Positions 62,274 through 64,000 of a stretch of DNA of 64,000 bases are shown here, piece after piece. A model generated the notes under the pieces. The model did not search any database, was not told where the DNA came from, and saw nothing but the letters and a program-made list of their open reading frames with translations. Position 1 is the first letter of the stretch; every line of letters starts with the position of its first letter. This DNA comes from Squalus acanthias (taxonomy: Eukaryota). The stretch lies in contig CM059425.1 in the NCBI GenBank assembly GCA_030390025.1, positions 169,758,001 to 169,822,000 on the forward strand. The letters run 5' to 3'. Position numbers and translations under genes: made by a program.

Positions 62274-64000
62274 GGCCGCAAACTTAATTGCGCTGAGGGG
62301 GTGGGTTTGGAGGTGGGTCTGTAGCGAAAATCAGAGAAATTGGGGTGGGCTGCAAACCCGCCTCCATCCCGCCTCCACGCGACTTTGGGAAGTGTCGGGT
62401 CAGCCGCTCCCGAACCAAATGGCAGGACAGGTTGTTAAGGCAGTTAACAGGTCGTTAACTGCCTGGATAATCTTATTTTAAAGGGCTGATCTGATTCTGG
62501 AGGTTTTTCAACATGCTGCCCGCCTTCATAAAAACACGCCAGGTGAATCAAGCCGGGTTGACCTAGGACCTGAATTGTTGCCAGCTGCTCGAGCAGCTTA
62601 AAAGCGGTCCTGCAATCTCTCATTCTTTCACATGCCACAACTTAGTGGTTTGAGGTTCGGGAGACATTTTGCAGCTCAACTAATCTTGTGAGTGTTGAGT
62701 CTGAAATCCATCTGCTGACCTCCTTGAAAGACCCTCTGGCCACTTTGTCTGAGCGCACACAACCTCCGTTCCTTGACTGAGATATATGCCAATGGTATGG
62801 GAACCATTTGTATCCTGGTTGCAGCACCACAACCAGGCACAGCAGCAGCACCAACAGCAGGAGTGCCAACCTTCTCCTCAGCCTCCTGATGCTGCACAGG
62901 GCAGAGGGCATCAGCGCAGACCTGCACCTCGCCGCAGGAGATATCCCCAACACAAGGTTTACAGGCAGAGGATGAGCTTCCTCAACATGAGTGAGCAGCA
63001 GTGCCAAAGGAGGCTGAGACTTCCACAAGAGGTAGTCGCTGACATCTGCACAATGCTGCACCAACACCTGGAGCCCAGAGGAGGGTGTGGACACTCCTTA
63101 CCAGTGGCTGTCAAAGTCACCACCGCACGCAACTTCGTTGCTTTGGGCTCCTTCCAGGGATCATCAGCCGACATCAGCGGCATCTCCCAGTCGGCCGCAC
63201 ACACTTGCATCACGCAGGCAACCAATGCCCTCTTTGCAAAGGTGCCCAATTAAATCCACTTCTCCACGGATGAAGCAAGTGTAACTGCGCGTGTGGTTGG
63301 CTTTGCAAATATGGCAGGCTTCCCAAGGGTGCAGGGTGTCATAGACTGCACACATGTGGCCATTAGGGCACTCCATCACAACCTAGCTGATTTTGTCAAC
63401 TGCAAGGGCTTCCACTCCCTTCACGTCCAGCTGGTGTGTAACCACAGGAATATCATAATGCATGTTTGCGCAAAGTACTCTGGCAGTTGCCATGACTCCT
63501 TCATCCTGCGCCAGTCCACTGTGCCTCAGCTCTTCTATCCGTCAAACCAACATTCCGGATGGCTACTTGGCAATAAGGTCTATCCCCTGAAAAAGTGGCT
63601 CATGACACCGATGAGGAGGCCATCAAATGAGGCTGAGGAGCGGTACAATGTGAGTCACATATCCACCAGAAGCATCACAGAGCAAACCATCGGCTCTCTC
63701 AAAATGCGATTCGGATGCCTCGACAGATCTGGTGGAGCCCTGCAGTATGTACCAGTCAGGGTCTCCAGAATCATCGTCGTCTGCTATGCCCTGCACAACA
63801 AGACACAGCAGCGTGGCTTAGTGCTCCCTGAGGAAAAAGTGGCTCAGCGCAGAGCATCCTCGGAAGAAGAGGAGGAGGACGAGGATGAGGTCGAGGATGA
63901 GGAGGAGGCGCGCCTTGCGGGTCCGGATGTGACCAATGCAGCAGCCCTCAAGCTCACTGCTGACCGTCACGCAAGGGATGCACTCATTCATGCCAGATTC
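62274..64000 (+). mobile_element. Harbinger transposon, left part (runs off the window)
   Basis: Subterminal sequence similar to the family B left end (gggtttggaggtgggtc), followed by a transposase. Confidence 0.85.
62786..64000 (+). pseudogene. Harbinger transposase pseudogene
   Basis: One reading frame to the window end with TAA at 63251-63253. [36 protein letters not shown] (D to N), [12 protein letters not shown], and C-terminal LIHARF. Confidence 0.9.

Overview
Eukaryotic, repeat-dominated DNA with no recognisable host gene. It is most likely from a cartilaginous fish (inferred from SacSINE1/DeuSINE-like SINEs and shark-type CR1 and L2 LINE tails). The window is a PIF/Harbinger DNA-transposon hotspot. 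One full-length 4.2-kb element (27145-31355, TIRs plus ATA TSD) carries an intact 386-aa DDE transposase and a convergent 3-exon Myb/SANT-like gene with two lesions. There are two further transposase pseudogenes, about 9 more Myb-gene remnants, three copies of one internally deleted family, and many MITEs with 3-bp TSDs. It also holds CR1 and L2 LINE fragments, Deu-domain SINEs, and a foldback Penelope-like (GIY-YIG) insertion. That insertion carries minimal hammerhead ribozyme motifs on both strands, plus a second hammerhead-bearing element nested inside it. All calls come from reading the sequence by eye; no searches were run.
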